From: Folioceros fuciformis
Taxonomy: Eukaryota
Direction of reading: 5' to 3'
Length of the DNA: 46,684 bases
NCBI GenBank assembly: GCA_049999805.1
Contig: JBNGIO010006108.1
Coordinates: forward strand, 1-46,684
The translations under genes and the position numbers were made by a program. Numbering within the stretch: position 1 is the first letter of the stretch; each line of letters opens with the position of its first letter. The notes below the pieces were generated by a model. It had not been told where the DNA came from. It made no database searches and saw only the letters and a program-made list of their open reading frames with translations. Below are positions 1 to 11,639 of the stretch, one piece after another.

Positions 1-35
1 CCTGCTGCATTGCGATTTTCTGTCTCTGTGGAGTC

Positions 36-55
36 GAGTGAGTGAGTGAGTGAGT
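36..55. repeat. (GAGT)n microsatellite upstream of S40
   Basis: gagtgagtgagtgagtgagt read directly. Confidence 0.85.
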
Positions 56-239
56 GGAATTGGCCAATTGCGTGTGGGATCTCCACACCCTGCCTGCTGG
101 CCGCGCTGCTCTCGGAGTCGCCTGAATTGTAGCGGCTCCCTGCTGTGCACGTGCGTCTGAGCATTGGCTGAGCGGTGCGTGGGACAGAGGGACACAGCAA
201 GCCTTCCAGTCTCAGTTTGAGGTACTTGGACCAGCGAAT

Positions 240-969
240 ATGAGCAGTGTGCGGCCAATTCCCAAGGCCACCAATTCCGGATGCGGGGCCCGGGACAAGG
301 GCTTCGCCGGCGGGAGCGGCACCGGCACCGGCGTCGGCAGCAGCAGCAGCAGCAGCGTGGTGATTGGTAACCTCATGGACAAGTTCCTGGGGACTTCCCT
401 CGGGGGGTCGTCTCCTTCGCCTACCGCCTACTCCCCGCTCAACGATGACTCCAGGGATGTTTTCGAGCTCAAGGAGGAGGACGTGTGGAACGCGGAGGAT
501 GGGCTGGACGACGGCGATACGGAGGATCCTCGATGCACTTTCGCTCCCGTGCTGGGAGCTGGGACCGGCGGGGGCCACGTCGCCGCCTCCTCTGATCTGG
601 ACATGGACATGGAAGCGGGGGATCCCTTTGACAGGTATCTGAGGGGGAGCGCTCACAGCCACGCGCACGGATCCGGATNNNNNNNNNNNNNNNNNNNNNN
701 NNNNNNNNNNNNNNNNNNNNNNNNNNNNNNNNNNNNNNNNNNNNNNNNNNNNNNNNNNNNNNNNNNNNNNNNNNNNNNAGGAGGAGGACGACGGTACCGG
801 CCGCAAGCATCGCCTCCACCCGCACGAGATTGTGGCTCGCGACTACGCACGCTCCCACGCGCGTGTCCTCAGTTTCTCCATGTGCGAGGGCGCCGGCCGC
901 ACTCTCAAGGGCCGCGACCTCCGCGAGGTCCGGAATTCTATTCTCCGTCGCACCGGCTTCCTGGAGTGA
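240..969 (+). CDS. Senescence regulator S40 / DUF584 family protein (spans an assembly gap)
   Basis: N-terminal part has FELKEEDVW. After the gap, the frame starting at 781 reads [25 protein letters not shown]...[32 protein letters not shown], the typical S40 C-terminus (PPHE...[12 protein letters not shown]..VRN...TGF). TGA at 967-969. The frame offset across the gap is explained by the 100-N placeholder. Confidence 0.9.
679..778. other. Assembly gap (100 N)
   Basis: Run of exactly 100 N, a placeholder of unknown true length. Confidence 0.99.
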
Positions 970-1324
970 AAGCCCCTCCAGCCTGCCACCACTCTCAGTG
1001 CTTGCTCTCTACCTTGTTGAAAGGCTTTTAAATTTTGCATCGGCTGGGGAACGAGGACCCAGGACGTCGTGCTTCGCTCTGGAGCGGGATGGATCCTTTC
1101 TTTTCCTGACCTTTCCTTTGTCGGACTCGCGTCTTCTGCTTATAGCGCTTCAGTTTTGTTGCTCTCTTCTACCCCCTCTTTTTTTTTTGCCCTCAAGAAG
1201 ATGATGCTACCGTACGCGCACAAGCCCATCCATCGACTTCCAGCGGCGAGCAATGGCTTCTCCACCAACATCAACACCAACAGCGACAGCGACGGCGACG
1301 ACGGTGCCTGCATCATCCACGCAC

Positions 1325-1436
1325 TTGTCTTGTCTTGCCTTGCCTTGCCTTGCCTGCCTTGTTGTTGTTAACAGCTTTGTCTCTCAAAGTTTTGAGTTCA
1401 GACTAGTTGTTTGTTTGCTTGCTTGCTTGCTTGCTG
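1325..1436. repeat. (CTTGY)n and (GCTT)n microsatellites downstream of S40
   Basis: cttgtcttgtcttgccttgccttgccttgcc at ~1325-1355 and gcttgcttgcttgcttgc at ~1417-1434. Confidence 0.8.
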
Positions 1437-2959
1437 CCTTTGCAGAATGCTAGGCTTAGGTAGTTGAGACTTTTCAGAAATGGGACCATGGATGTCCCGG
1501 ACCCCGGAAGCGCTCCTCTCACTCCCCTATTTTGTGTACATATATATATGTCGAGCAAGCCTGTTACGTTACAGAGTCTTTGGTCCGCTTGTCCACGGTC
1601 CTTTGCTGTCCTGGATTCTCATGCTGGCATAGCTGCTCCTGTTTCTCGGCTTGCAACTGCCACTGCACTGCACTCCGGAGCCCTTGGCATCGTTTGCCTG
1701 CCTCTGCCACTCAGCCGTCGGAAATGCTCGTGAACAAGTAGGGGCGTGACGACTAGGAAGTCCGTAAGGCATGGTAGGGTAGGGAGCGTGTCAGATATCT
1801 GAGCTCTGCCAGCACCTGCTGTCAGCTTCTGAGCTCACTCGCCTATTCCTTTTCCTTTTTCTTTTTGGCCCCTGGATGCTCCCTGAGGATCCTGTTTTTT
1901 TAACATTCACTAAGCACGCACAAGCACTTACGGGTGACGAGTGTGGTATTTCTACCGGTGGAACACTGTACTTGTGACTGCTTCACTGGATGCCACGCGC
2001 TGCGTGCCGCGCGGGCTCCTGCGGTAGACCACCTTGTGAACGTCTCACAACGCCTCCACCCAATCCATACCCTGCTCCTCTCATTTTTGGATGGCTGCCG
2101 GTCCCGAGTGGACTGTGGAGGCATACATGACTTTGTGCTGTCACTGTGGAGTGTTTCAGGTAACGGTGTCAGACTTTCTCCTTGAGTTCCTTTCCAATGG
2201 CGTACATCCCTTTTGGCACGCTGCAAGGGTCGATGACGACGGGGCGATTAGTTGTTGTGCTCGCTGCTCATCAAGGTATGCGCCTTCAATCATGCTGCTC
2301 ACTTGGTCTGTGTAGCTTGCTTGCGCTTGTTGCTTGCCACAAGATTGCTCCGCATTACTGCATCAACACTTTCCTAGTTACCTCATGTGGCTATGTGGGT
2401 GGATGCTTCTGTCAGAAACTGCTACCATCCGCATCATGGGACAGGCCAATCAGGCTGAATAGGTTGCTCTTAAGAAAAAAAGGTGGAGCGGGCAGTGAGA
2501 AGTGTGTTCACATGTTAAGGTGCTGACCGTGGCATGCCTTGCTGGGATACTACTCGGAATGTCCGAAAAAAGAGCTCTGGGACGCTGCTGAAGGGTTGCA
2601 ATCCGGCGGCAGTGAAGGGCGTCGTCATGTGGGCTGACTGACTGTAGCCAACTTCGCCTATGACATCGTGGTTTTCTGCCCATGGAGCTGGACGTGCCAG
2701 CGATTATATTTGCTCATGTGATGTTAAGGAAAAGGTCTTCTGCCTGTTTCCCCTGCTGCCAGCGCTGTTTCAGGTTGAGTCGTGGTTCAGGACACAGTGT
2801 TACGTGTGCACGGCATGATCAGCAGGCCAGAGTTACCGAAGAGTGTGATGAGCAGGCTTTGCCTTGTGAGGTTCAAGTAACACACTACCATTACTTGGTT
2901 GCATACCAAACGTATTGAGCCCCAAGAACATGAGAAGTGCTGCGACAATTGAGTGAGTG

Positions 2960-3170
2960 ATCCACGAGCGGGATATTTGCGGGTACGCTGTTCTCACCTT
3001 CCATTGTAGAGGGACACTGAATGCTGACTTGCCAGGCACTACAATTGCCGTGACATTGGACTTCATCCATGACTGGGATATCCGCAGCGAAGCTGGTATC
3101 AGCTTCCACTGTAGAGGGACGAGTAATGATGGCTTGCCAGCCACAAACCATGAAGGGCACTTTGAGGTCA
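2960..3170. repeat. Diverged two-copy tandem repeat with 105-bp period
   Basis: atccac at 2960 and atccat at 3065 begin gap-free alignable units that share gggatat, cttccaYtgtagagggac and cttgccag. Confidence 0.75.
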
Positions 3171-5161
3171 ACTACGCGGATACGCTTTCGGTGAGGAGCG
3201 TACACTGGTAGCGTTTTATGTGGACAACAGAAGACACTGATCGTAAACTCTATTGATAACAGCTACAATGGAGTCCAATCAGGAGGTCATGGACAGCAAC
3301 AGAGACCGGTTGTGTGATCTAAGGATAAAGGCTACGTCTTTCATCTCAATGACCTTGGTCTGGATGTGGCACCCAGGGTATCGAGTTTGCTGCAAGACAG
3401 ATATGCCCAGACTTGTGAAGCTGTAGCCAAGTTTGACCTAGCTCCGAGCTGTTCAAGGAGAGCTGTGAGCAAACACACGTGCTGAGCCACTCACGCAGGC
3501 GATCAAAAATCGGCTTTCGCAAGCCAAGGAGAGTGATCAGAGCACTGTAAGGCAAGTTCTATGGTTGTATCATGACTGTAGATGTGTACCGAGAGGCAGC
3601 ACATGCGGCTGACATTATGGTCAGACGTGAATACCATACCTCAGGCCTATCATGCAACTACTTCATCACCACTTTCGGAGTTCATTTTTACTCTGGTGTC
3701 AGGCTTGTTCCTCTCATTGTGCTGCTTGCGTTCGTTCCGAACAGTAGTTCAATCCCTCGGTACTTGCCCCCCACCCCTGGCTAATTCCGTCGTCCTGACT
3801 TTGATGTGAAGGAGGAATGACTGGCTCAAGGACTTGGGCACGGCTTCCTCCACTAACAACAAAATCTCGGTGAGTACCTGTTGTGTACTGCCCCCTTCAA
3901 ACCTGGCAAGCTAGCATCCCTCGTCACTGTAGAGAAGACCCAATCAGGTCCCAATGCGGACCAATTGCGTCCCAGCCTGGATTGCATATCTGTGTTGTCC
4001 ATTACAGGCTGTGCGTGTGTTCAAAACCATAAACGGGTATAACCCTCGTTCTCCCAGGGAGCTAGCTGCTGTAGCCAATGCTGCCCGCTGTATAAGGGTG
4101 CACAAAACTATATCGCTGGTTTCACACAACACCTTTTTCTATTTCTACCCCCTTGGCATCGGTGGGGACAAAACTCAAAATTTCACCAACCCTTCTCTTC
4201 GCAAGAAGTCCTGTGGCGACTAATCACGAAGCTAATTTGTGGGTGCAACTTCTACACCCGAAGTCAAGGCCGTTCAACCAGAAACATTGGAGTGAACAAA
4301 GTTGGATGCCTGACGATCGGTCTGTTTGGTCCCGATGGGAGTCGTACGAATTCGCAATTGGTGGGCATGGGTGGCCGTGTCGTTGCTTGACTCTAGTGTG
4401 ACAATGCCAATTTGTGTCGGGAAAAGCCGAGTACATATGATCAATCGACAGGAAACCATGTATGTCATAGCTAGCGACCTCATGATCGGTTGCATTCGGC
4501 AAGCGTACTTCAGCTATGGCGGTGGCGGGACTGCCTCGGGCGGCGGGACGAGGCTCACGATAGCGAAAAGAATGCCGAAGGAAACGTAAGGAAGCACGAA
4601 GGGGAAGGAATCAACAATGCGAATATGCTGGGAACAAAAAAGCACGCGTAACACGTCCAGCCTCCAGTTCATTCCGACGGTCTGAGCTTCTCCAAGTTGC
4701 GGAAAGATCAGGCCCGAAGGAACCCGGAACAAGTCAAGCCGGGTGTACGAAGCTAGATAGTGTCAGAAACATGGCAAGGTCCAAAAGTGAGATACAGTGA
4801 TGACTTGTTACCGAATTTGCCCCCGGGATCGGTATATGCCGACGGTGCATAAATGCCCCGTCCTGCCTCAGAGGAGAATGGAGCACACTCACCCGTGAGC
4901 CCGGCATTCTGAGTTGGTCAGGAGTCAGGTACCTCGCTTCCCTCTGTTCTCTTGGACGCTAGCACGGACAAGTCGATGATGTTACTTTTGTCTTGCCTGT
5001 CGAAAAGTTCAAGTTCCTGCTCTTGAATTGGGGAATTTTAATCGTGTGGAGATGAGGCGACCATTCTGTGCGCTTGATGAGGGGGAGGAAAATTTTGATG
5101 CTCGCGCTGGAGCTTGTCTCCGATTCACACGCAGTCCTGTGATTTTGCAGGTCGGTGTGAA

Positions 5162-7248
5162 ATGGCTCTCCTTCTATGGCTTGGGTTGGGTGTGCTTTTG
5201 GCGCTGCAAGTGTGCGATGCCGGACATACCAGCCGGTATGTCCGGAGGCTGGCGGAGTCCGAAGATCTGCCGCTGGACAGCCCTTACTTTGCTGTGCCGC
5301 CTGGATACAACGCGCCTCAACAGGTGAACGCTTCGGAACAGTTGCCAAATTTTGAAGTCATTTTTACTTTTACAGGTGCGGACTTCGCTCAATCTGCTCC
5401 ACACTGTTCTGAAATTCAAGGTGCATATCACACAAGGAGACCATGACGGCAAGGCTGTGATTGTCTCCTGGATCACGCCGTCCGAGGCCGGAGAAAGCGT
5501 GGTGCTCTACGGGTTGAGCAAGGGTAGTTACCCATACAAGGCCAAGGGCAAGTACACCTGGTACACCTACTACAACTATACATCCGGATACATCCATCAT
5601 GTGACAATACGAAATCTAAAGGTTATGGATCTATCTCCTTGCCCCTGTACTCTGAGCTTGCTATGGTCATACATGCCACTGTTCATTGGTGTTGGACGTT
5701 TTGTCACTCTGAGCCATGTGTGCGTGTTTGCTGCTGACAGGCTTCCGCGAGGTATTACTACAAAATTGGTGAAGGATCGTCTGCTAGGGAGTTTTGGTTT
5801 GATACTCCTCCAGAGCTGAATCCGGACGCTGCCTACACGTTTGGTGTGATAGGTGAGGGACCTTTCCGAGCTTAGATTCCAGATCCCAGCACACCTCTGC
5901 CCGCAGTGCTTCCTGGGGAATGCAGTTCCCTTGCTCACACCACCTTTGCTCGGGTCTGATGGCAGGAGACTTGGGGCAGACCTACGATTCTGCAACAACC
6001 CTGGAACATTACTTGCAAAGTAGTGGCAAGACTGTTCTCTTTGTTGGAGACCTGTCGTATGCTGACAACTACGATTTTGATGACGGAAACAGGTGGGATA
6101 CATGGGGCCGTCTCGTGGAGCGCAGCACCGCGTATCAGCCCTGGATATGGACTGCTGGTAACCATGAGATTGAGTACCACCCAGAATATGTAAGTATTGA
6201 TTTCAAGGGCCTCCTGAACTTCACAATCTTCACTTCATGAGAACGTCCTCACCGGGTCCTGTACGTTGGGCTTTTGTTCAGAATGAGGTAAAAGCCTTCA
6301 AGCCCTATCTGCATCGGTTCCATGTGCCCTTCAAAGCTTCCCAAAGCAGTTCCAGTTTGTGGTATTCCGTCCGACGAGCATCAGCTCACATAATAGTGCT
6401 CTCGTCTTACTCCGGGTTCGGTGAGTTTCTCCCCCCTGTTAGCCTGTGATTTCGATCCGTTGTTCCCACAGACTTCGTTGTGACTTGAATCGTGGTCTGC
6501 AGCCCGTTACACCCCGCAATGGAAGTGGCTTCAGATCGAGTTCACCAAGGTTAACCGAACTGTGACACCATGGCTCATCGTCCTTCTACACTCCCCTTGG
6601 TACAACAGCAATACCTACCACTACTTGGAAGGAGAACCCATGCGCGTTCAGCTGGAGGCTTGGGTCGTGCAGTACAAGGTCGACGTAGTATATGCAGGTC
6701 ACGTGCACGCCTATGAGAGGACGGTAAACATTTCCAACTCAAATTTAGAACTTAGAATCCGAGTATGTCGCAGCAGCTGATGTATTCTGATAGACAGGTT
6801 AATGGTGTTTCACAGAAAGCCTTACGGTATCTCCCCCGCATGTGCAGAACCGAATTTCCAATATACTTTACAACATCACAAATGGTCTGTGCACCCCGGT
6901 AGCAGATGAATCTGCTCCGGTGTACGTTACCATAGGGGATGGTGGTAACAAGGAAGGACTTGCAGCCAAGTAAGTTGCCCTTGGGGCATTAGAACTTGAA
7001 AGGGCTTGATGTGTACTTGAGGTGAAATTTCTGACTGTTGCTCTCAACTGTGCAGCTTCACAGAACCTCAACCGGACTACTCAGCTTTCAGGGAGGCCAG
7101 CTTCGGGTATGCCATTTTGGATATCAAAAACAAAACGCATGCCCTTCACTCGTGGCATCGCAATCAAGACGGAGAGGCTGTCACTGCAGACTCAGCCTGG
7201 TTGATCAACAGATATTGGGCTTCGCAAGATCCGGCCCTCGATAGCTAG
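5162..7248 (+). CDS. PAP: Purple acid phosphatase (secreted, PAP10/12/26-like), ~8 exons
   Basis: Signal peptide [21 protein letters not shown], then [16 protein letters not shown]. All five metal-ligand blocks are present: GDLG, GDLSY, GNHE, VLLH, GHVH. C-terminal REASFG...WHRNQDG. GT-AG introns (e.g. 5324-5420, 5622-5740). TAG at 7246-7248. Confidence 0.96.
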
Positions 7249-7584
7249 AGGGGTTGATAACCTGCGCAAGAGACATGGATTATGTGTTTGGCAATGTTAA
7301 CCCGTAAGCTTTGAATAAGTTTGACACTGCTTTGAGAAAATGAGCCTTCACCAGGGTCTCATTTTCTCCGACGCAGTGCCACCGGTTTCTGCGCAAGGTC
7401 AATGATCCCTTCGTTCAGATGTCCTTGTTTGTGTAAGGAGTGGAGGAGCGCAAAAGAAGATTTGTGGCTTCAACCTCGACCGTAGAGTTTTCAAAACAGC
7501 TCCTCATCCTTTCCATTCGTCCCATCTGCTAGCAACCGACAAATCTGATTCACCCCTGCTGGACTGCAGCAGCCCGTGCATTCT

Positions 7585-8170
7585 TTAACACTTCAGAATT
7601 CGGCCGAACGCAAGGCCATATCCCTGACACCCCGCTGGCAGTATGCTTACAATTAACTGCCGTTCCTGTGTGCTGCGCGCTTTCAATGCCGTTTGTCCTC
7701 GGATCAGCCCAGCGTATGATCCAATCCTGTTACCCACTACACCACAATCCACTGGAGATGCTTTCACAACACCCTCACCTGCAGTCTTCCTGCTCTCGCA
7801 CCTTGCTTTCTTGCTCACCAAAGAGGTGCCGACCAACACATCTGCCTCAAACCCTTTGGCCGTAGGCGCGGCCTAAGTTGTCTTCCCCCTCACAGGATCT
7901 CCACCCCCGCACTTCACGAGGACACACCACTCCGTCTCTTCAAGTATGCTGCAAGCTTGCAAATCCGCCCATCTCACTCACCGCTTACCACTTGCATTTG
8001 GGGGTACACCTTGCTCACCGTGCAATCAGCAGACTCCTCCACTGCATCAGGCTGGGGAGTCCTACCACGAGCTGCTGCTTCCATTTCCACCAAAGCCTCA
8101 GATTTGGCAACGCCCTTCCTTTCCCCATCCAGTGCTTGCTTTCCAGTTCCTAGGCTCGGTCTCGACAATA
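7585..8170 (-). pseudogene. Decayed PLS-class PPR fragment
   Basis: Minus strand reads KVYPQMQ.../LQACSILEETEWCVLVKCGGGDPVRGKTT*AAPTAKGFEADVLVGTSLVSKKARCES...IGSYAGLIRGQTALK. This aligns with the intact PPR in this window (NMYEQMQ...LQACGSIA...KGRELHAEAEERGFASNIFVGSTLVSMYGRCGS...ITAFAQQEQGANALQ) but carries in-frame stops and a frameshift. Confidence 0.7.
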
Positions 8171-8199
8171 TCCAGAGAAATCTTTCGATTGGAATATCA

Positions 8200-9290
8200 T
8201 ATGTAACATTACTGCATTTGGCATTAGCAAATTTATTAGGTTATGTACAAATCCACTAATTGCTACTACTATCAGGATTTGCCTCTGTTTATATATTTAA
8301 TAGTTCATAAAAGAGAGAAGATAAATCAACCACAAGACAATCTAGTACATGTTCAATTAACTATGTGTTTGACTTAATAGAAGTTCACATAAATAATGGG
8401 TGATACCACATCATAGAAACTTTATGATATAAAAAATATTCTTGAATTCTATTTTATAATTGAATCAACACTGAGATAAGGAGTTATGCACTTGATCTAG
8501 GTCCTTCGTGGACTATTTTTTTCATAGTGGAACCTTTATTTTAATTATATTAAATGAAAACTATTTAATATTATTAAATTTTATTTTCAAAAAAATATAA
8601 AATTAAAATATAAAGTTATTTTAAAATATTTGTTTTATTATTCCTCTCAATTTAATTTAATTTATATCCAGCTAGGGAAGCACAATAGAATAGAGATGGC
8701 AAAAGAAAGAAACTCAAGATATTTCATATTCAATATGTATGAATATATTAAAAAAAATAATGTATACATATTTATTGTGTAACATTGTCTAAGTTAAAAG
8801 GTACTTTTTTGTCTTGACATAATAGATATTTACAACAATTGTGACATTGGCCGTTTGCGCCTCTTGTTTGGTGCCTTGGTCTAAGTGGTTTGTCTCGGCA
8901 ATGGGTAAATGAGTTTTTATATATATATAGTTAAGTTCAAATTAAGTCATCATGTCTCACATTGTAAGGAAACATTTCTCTTCATCTTCATATAGGATAA
9001 CTCTTATGTAATTTAATGCATGCATATTTTGGATTAAGTAACTTCTTATGCATATAACTTTAATAATGATTTAATTTATACAGTATGGAACAAAATAGGA
9101 AAATGATTCACCCTAAGGCTAAGGAAGTTAAGGAATCCTACCTTAGATGATTGGTCGATTTTGTTCAGTTTGAATAGAGTACATTGTACATATATCCATC
9201 ACTCATCTAGCGCTATCACAAACTCTTGCCTTCGTTCCGTTTGGCTATATTCTCAAGTCAAGATATGAGCAAAGTAGGGTGTGGAATGAT
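8200..9290. other. AT-rich non-coding block, possibly a degraded transposon
   Basis: Abrupt fall in GC compared with the flanks, long A/T runs and no ORFs. No terminal repeats identified. Confidence 0.4.
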
Positions 9291-9398
9291 AGCAAGGTGT
9301 GGTGCTTTCCAGCTCTCATACCCTAATCTTTGGAGAGCAAAGTGTGGCGCTCTCAAAATCTAGTACAGCGGATGTTCCACGCCCAACCTTCAGAGAGA

Positions 9399-9740
9399 CC
9401 AAAGTGCTGTGCTTCCCACATCTTGTATCTCGACAATGGAAAGACTGTAGAGTTGTGTTTTCTAGATCTTGTACCCTGACATTGGAATCCTTTGTGCCAA
9501 AGTGTTGTGTTCTCTAAGTCTTGTACATCGACATAGGAATTCTTTGAGTCAAGGTGCTGTGTTCTTCGAGTTAGGTGCGCTAGCCCCTGGATTGTGCCAA
9601 GGTGGTGTATCCTCTAGGTCTTGTACATCGACATCAGAATTCTTTGTGCTAGGGTGCTGTGTTTTCCGAGTCTTGTGTGCTAGCCCCTGGATTGTGCCAA
9701 GGTGTTGTGTCCTCTAGGCCTTGTCCGCCAACCCTTGATC
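9399..9740. repeat. Degenerate ~50-bp tandem array (~7 units) with a ~100-bp higher-order dimer
   Basis: Recurring gtgYtgtgt...tcttgtacatcgacat...gaattctttg motifs. gctagcccctggattgtgccaaggtg occurs twice about 100 bp apart (~9579 and ~9679). Confidence 0.8.
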
Positions 9741-10354
9741 CTGTGTGTCAAACTATGATGAATATTATTCTCTTGTCTTTGCCAAATTGTGTCAGTTAGG
9801 ATTCTTTCTCTTCTCTAGAAGATGATGGATTCTGGGGTTGGATACTATGAGACCCTGGGATGTCCTTGGCAGGGTGAGTTATATAGACTATATTTGAACT
9901 AATCTTAGAAAGAAATTGAAAAAGGAGTGCATGATGAGTTTGGTTCGCATTCCTTCTGAAAGGAAGACATGAGATTATACTTGATAGGTAGTGTCAAGCA
10001 CAAATAGTTATTGCTTTTCTTGCCTTCCATGACTTCCTGGTGTTGTGAAACCAGCTCCAATTCCCTCTCCTAACTTAATCTTGGATATACGTCTGGGTTA
10101 CATAAACAATAGTAAGTTCGCCCTTGAGGGCATTTGCCTCGCAAGTCGCTTTAAAAGAGTGCCAGGTCTTGAGGAGCCGAGAGAAAATCATGTAGGTTGC
10201 GGGGATCTCAGTCTGTTTTTCTATGGCACACACTTTGGGCACGCGGTTGGATGCAAGATGATAATGCTGTGCCAATTGTTTCCGTGAAATCTATCATGCA
10301 TCTTGATGTGATTGTTGAGGTGATGTCTTTCAGGTGTGGGATTAAGGCGCAGCA

Positions 10355-10882
10355 ATGGGAGGACCTGTCGAAAGCAAGCCACCACAGGAAACCAAGACTC
10401 TCCCGGTGGGGCCAGTCATGACCAGAGAGCAGCTGGACACATTGCGTCGGCAGATTTCAACATATGCCACCCTGTGCAGCCAGCTTGTGGAACTACGCCG
10501 CAAGGCCAACCCTGAGCGAGATGTCCCGTCCGGCACGACTACCATGGCTACCACCAGTTCCAAGGACAAGGGCAAGCGGCGCTGGGCTCCTAGCCAAAAG
10601 CAGCTCCAGACTCTCAAGAGGATTTTCAAAGAAGTCGGTGGCACTCCGGCTCGTCAGGGAATCCGGGAGATAGCTGCTGATCTTAGCAAGTACGGTCCGA
10701 TTAATGAGTCTAACGTCTACAATTGGTTTCAAAATCGGAAAGCTAGAGCTAAGAAAGCTCTTGGGAGTCGCAGGAGGAAGAGGTTTCAGCAGGATGACTT
10801 AGCCGCAATGCATCACCAGCAGGATACAGCAGCAGGACAGGCTGATAGGGGCGAGCCCGCTCGACCAGATGCGGGGCTGTAG
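10355..10882 (+). CDS. WOX13: WUSCHEL-related homeobox, WOX13/ancient clade, single coding exon
   Basis: WOX13-type N-terminal motif VMTREQLDTLRRQISTYATLCSQLVELRR. Homeodomain RRWAPSQKQLQTLKRIF...GTPARQGIREIAADLSKYGPINESNVYNWFQNRKAR, with NVYNWFQN typical of the ancient clade. No WUS box. Confidence 0.9.
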   Translation: MGGPVESKPPQETKTLPVGPVMTREQLDTLRRQISTYATLCSQLVELRRKANPERDVPSGTTTMATTSSKDKGKRRWAPSQKQLQTLKRIFKEVGGTPARQGIREIAADLSKYGPINESNVYNWFQNRKARAKKALGSRRRKRFQQDDLAAMHHQQDTAAGQADRGEPARPDAGL

Positions 10883-11639
10883 GCTTTCCGCGTTCTACGA
10901 ATCATTTCCATATCCTATTTATGTTTGCCTTCAACTTATTGGAATAGATTACTTGTGCGTCTCAGGGATCAAATGTTTCTTGCCACAAACTGCAAACGAC
11001 ATGTACCAATCTGTTTGTCGAATGCTTCCAGGCTTGGGTTTCAAGTTCACATGGCAGCTCGATAGTGGCAGTGTACTGAAACACGAAATGCAAGCTGGAG
11101 CTCGTGAATGGAGCTCCCGAAATCACAACAGCTTGTTCACTGTCTTGTGTCAGGGAATGTGGTGGATCCGGAGATCCCGAAAAACCGTCAATCTTTAATG
11201 GACACGCACTGCTTCACTTTCTTTCTAAGAGCACAGTCTAGGGTAAGCTAAGCAGGGCCTCATGCGTTCTGTGGCAGCGCACGTCGCCTGCTCACATCAC
11301 ATCTCCCTGTGTCCACTGTTGCTGCATGTTTCTGATGTCTGTGCGTTGGTGATGCGGGTGGCCCTCGTCCTCACTTATACTTTCCATGACGCTGTCAGTT
11401 CCCAGGTCCCGTCGGCCGAGTTGAGTTAATTGGAGATGGTGGCTATTGACTTGGGGACACTATATGCATAAAAGGAGCTGAGGGAGCCGAGAGTAGCAAT
11501 TTCTTTTCTTTTGTTTCACGGTTTCAGAATTGGATCCGTCGAGGATGCAGATAAAGGAGTCGCTTGCTTTGTGATCGGGGCATGTGCTGCTGCTGTCCAG
11601 GGGTGAGCTCTTCGTTAGCCACCGCAGATCTGCGATTGA

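Noticed and set aside
679-1031. Apparent frameshift in S40 (the ORF track runs to 1031 with an unrelated tail)
   Set aside because: Artefact of the 100-N placeholder. The conserved C-terminus is intact in another frame and ends at 969.
3300-4900. Short ORFs upstream of the phosphatase
   Set aside because: No recognisable domain or consistent exon chain, so left unannotated. A decayed gene cannot be excluded.
9399-9740. Repeat array as a CRISPR-like locus
   Set aside because: The units are degenerate and contiguous with no unique spacers, there are no cas genes, and the context is eukaryotic.
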